Positions 63,805 to 64,000 of a DNA stretch of 64,000 bases are shown here, in pieces. The first letter of the stretch is position 1. Each line of letters opens with the position of its first letter. The DNA is from Octopus bimaculoides (lineage: Eukaryota), in NCBI RefSeq assembly GCF_001194135.2, contig NC_068993.1, forward strand, positions 60,880,934 through 60,944,933. Reading direction: 5' to 3'. Below the pieces are notes generated by a model, which worked only from the letters and a program-made list of their open reading frames with translations, ran no database searches and was not told where the DNA came from. Made by a program: the position numbers and the translations under genes.

Positions 63805-63835
63805 ATCTTTCCGACGAAGGGCTACGCCCGAAACG
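63805..63835 (+). ncRNA. Hammerhead-like motif (C at core position 4), truncated by an assembly gap
   Basis: C-CGACGA-A-GGGC-UAC-GCCC-GAAA-CG then N run; same extra-A architecture as the 33.6-kb motif. Confidence 0.5.
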
Positions 63836-64000
63836 NNNNNNNNNNNNNNNNNNNNNNNNNNNNNNNNNNNNNNNNNNNNNNNNNNNNNNNNNNNNNNNNN
63901 NNNNNNNNNNNNNNTATATATACATATATATATATGTCCGGCTTCCTTTTCTCTATCTCATTGTCGCACTGAATCATAAAATCCCACAGGATCTTTGCAT

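Overview
Repeat-saturated, AT-rich metazoan DNA from a gapped short-read assembly with many N runs. The repeat families (tRNA-headed SINEs, mariner/pogo/Gypsy/Penelope/RLE-LINE remnants, very dense micro- and minisatellites) point to a coleoid cephalopod, probably Octopus; this is an inference. It reads as a large intron or intergenic region. I found no intact protein-coding gene, and almost all listed ORFs are translations of microsatellites, gaps or SINEs. The only CDS candidate is an isolated 84-nt exon-like segment (18998-19081). The most interesting signal is RNA structure: four hammerhead-ribozyme motifs from unrelated sequence contexts. Two have intact catalytic cores (27763-27860 and 33555-33602, both minus strand), one is a gap-truncated variant (63805-63835) and one is degenerate (8395-8435). 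There is also a second partial copy of one hammerhead-bearing repeat and a Penelope-like RT remnant, together suggesting a family of ribozyme-carrying non-autonomous retroelements. Other notable items are head-to-tail SINE arrays, several fold-back elements (one whose substitutions are all G-U or A-C pairs, a plausible ADAR substrate) and a highly diverged 27-bp minisatellite. All alignments and folds were done by eye and need computational confirmation.
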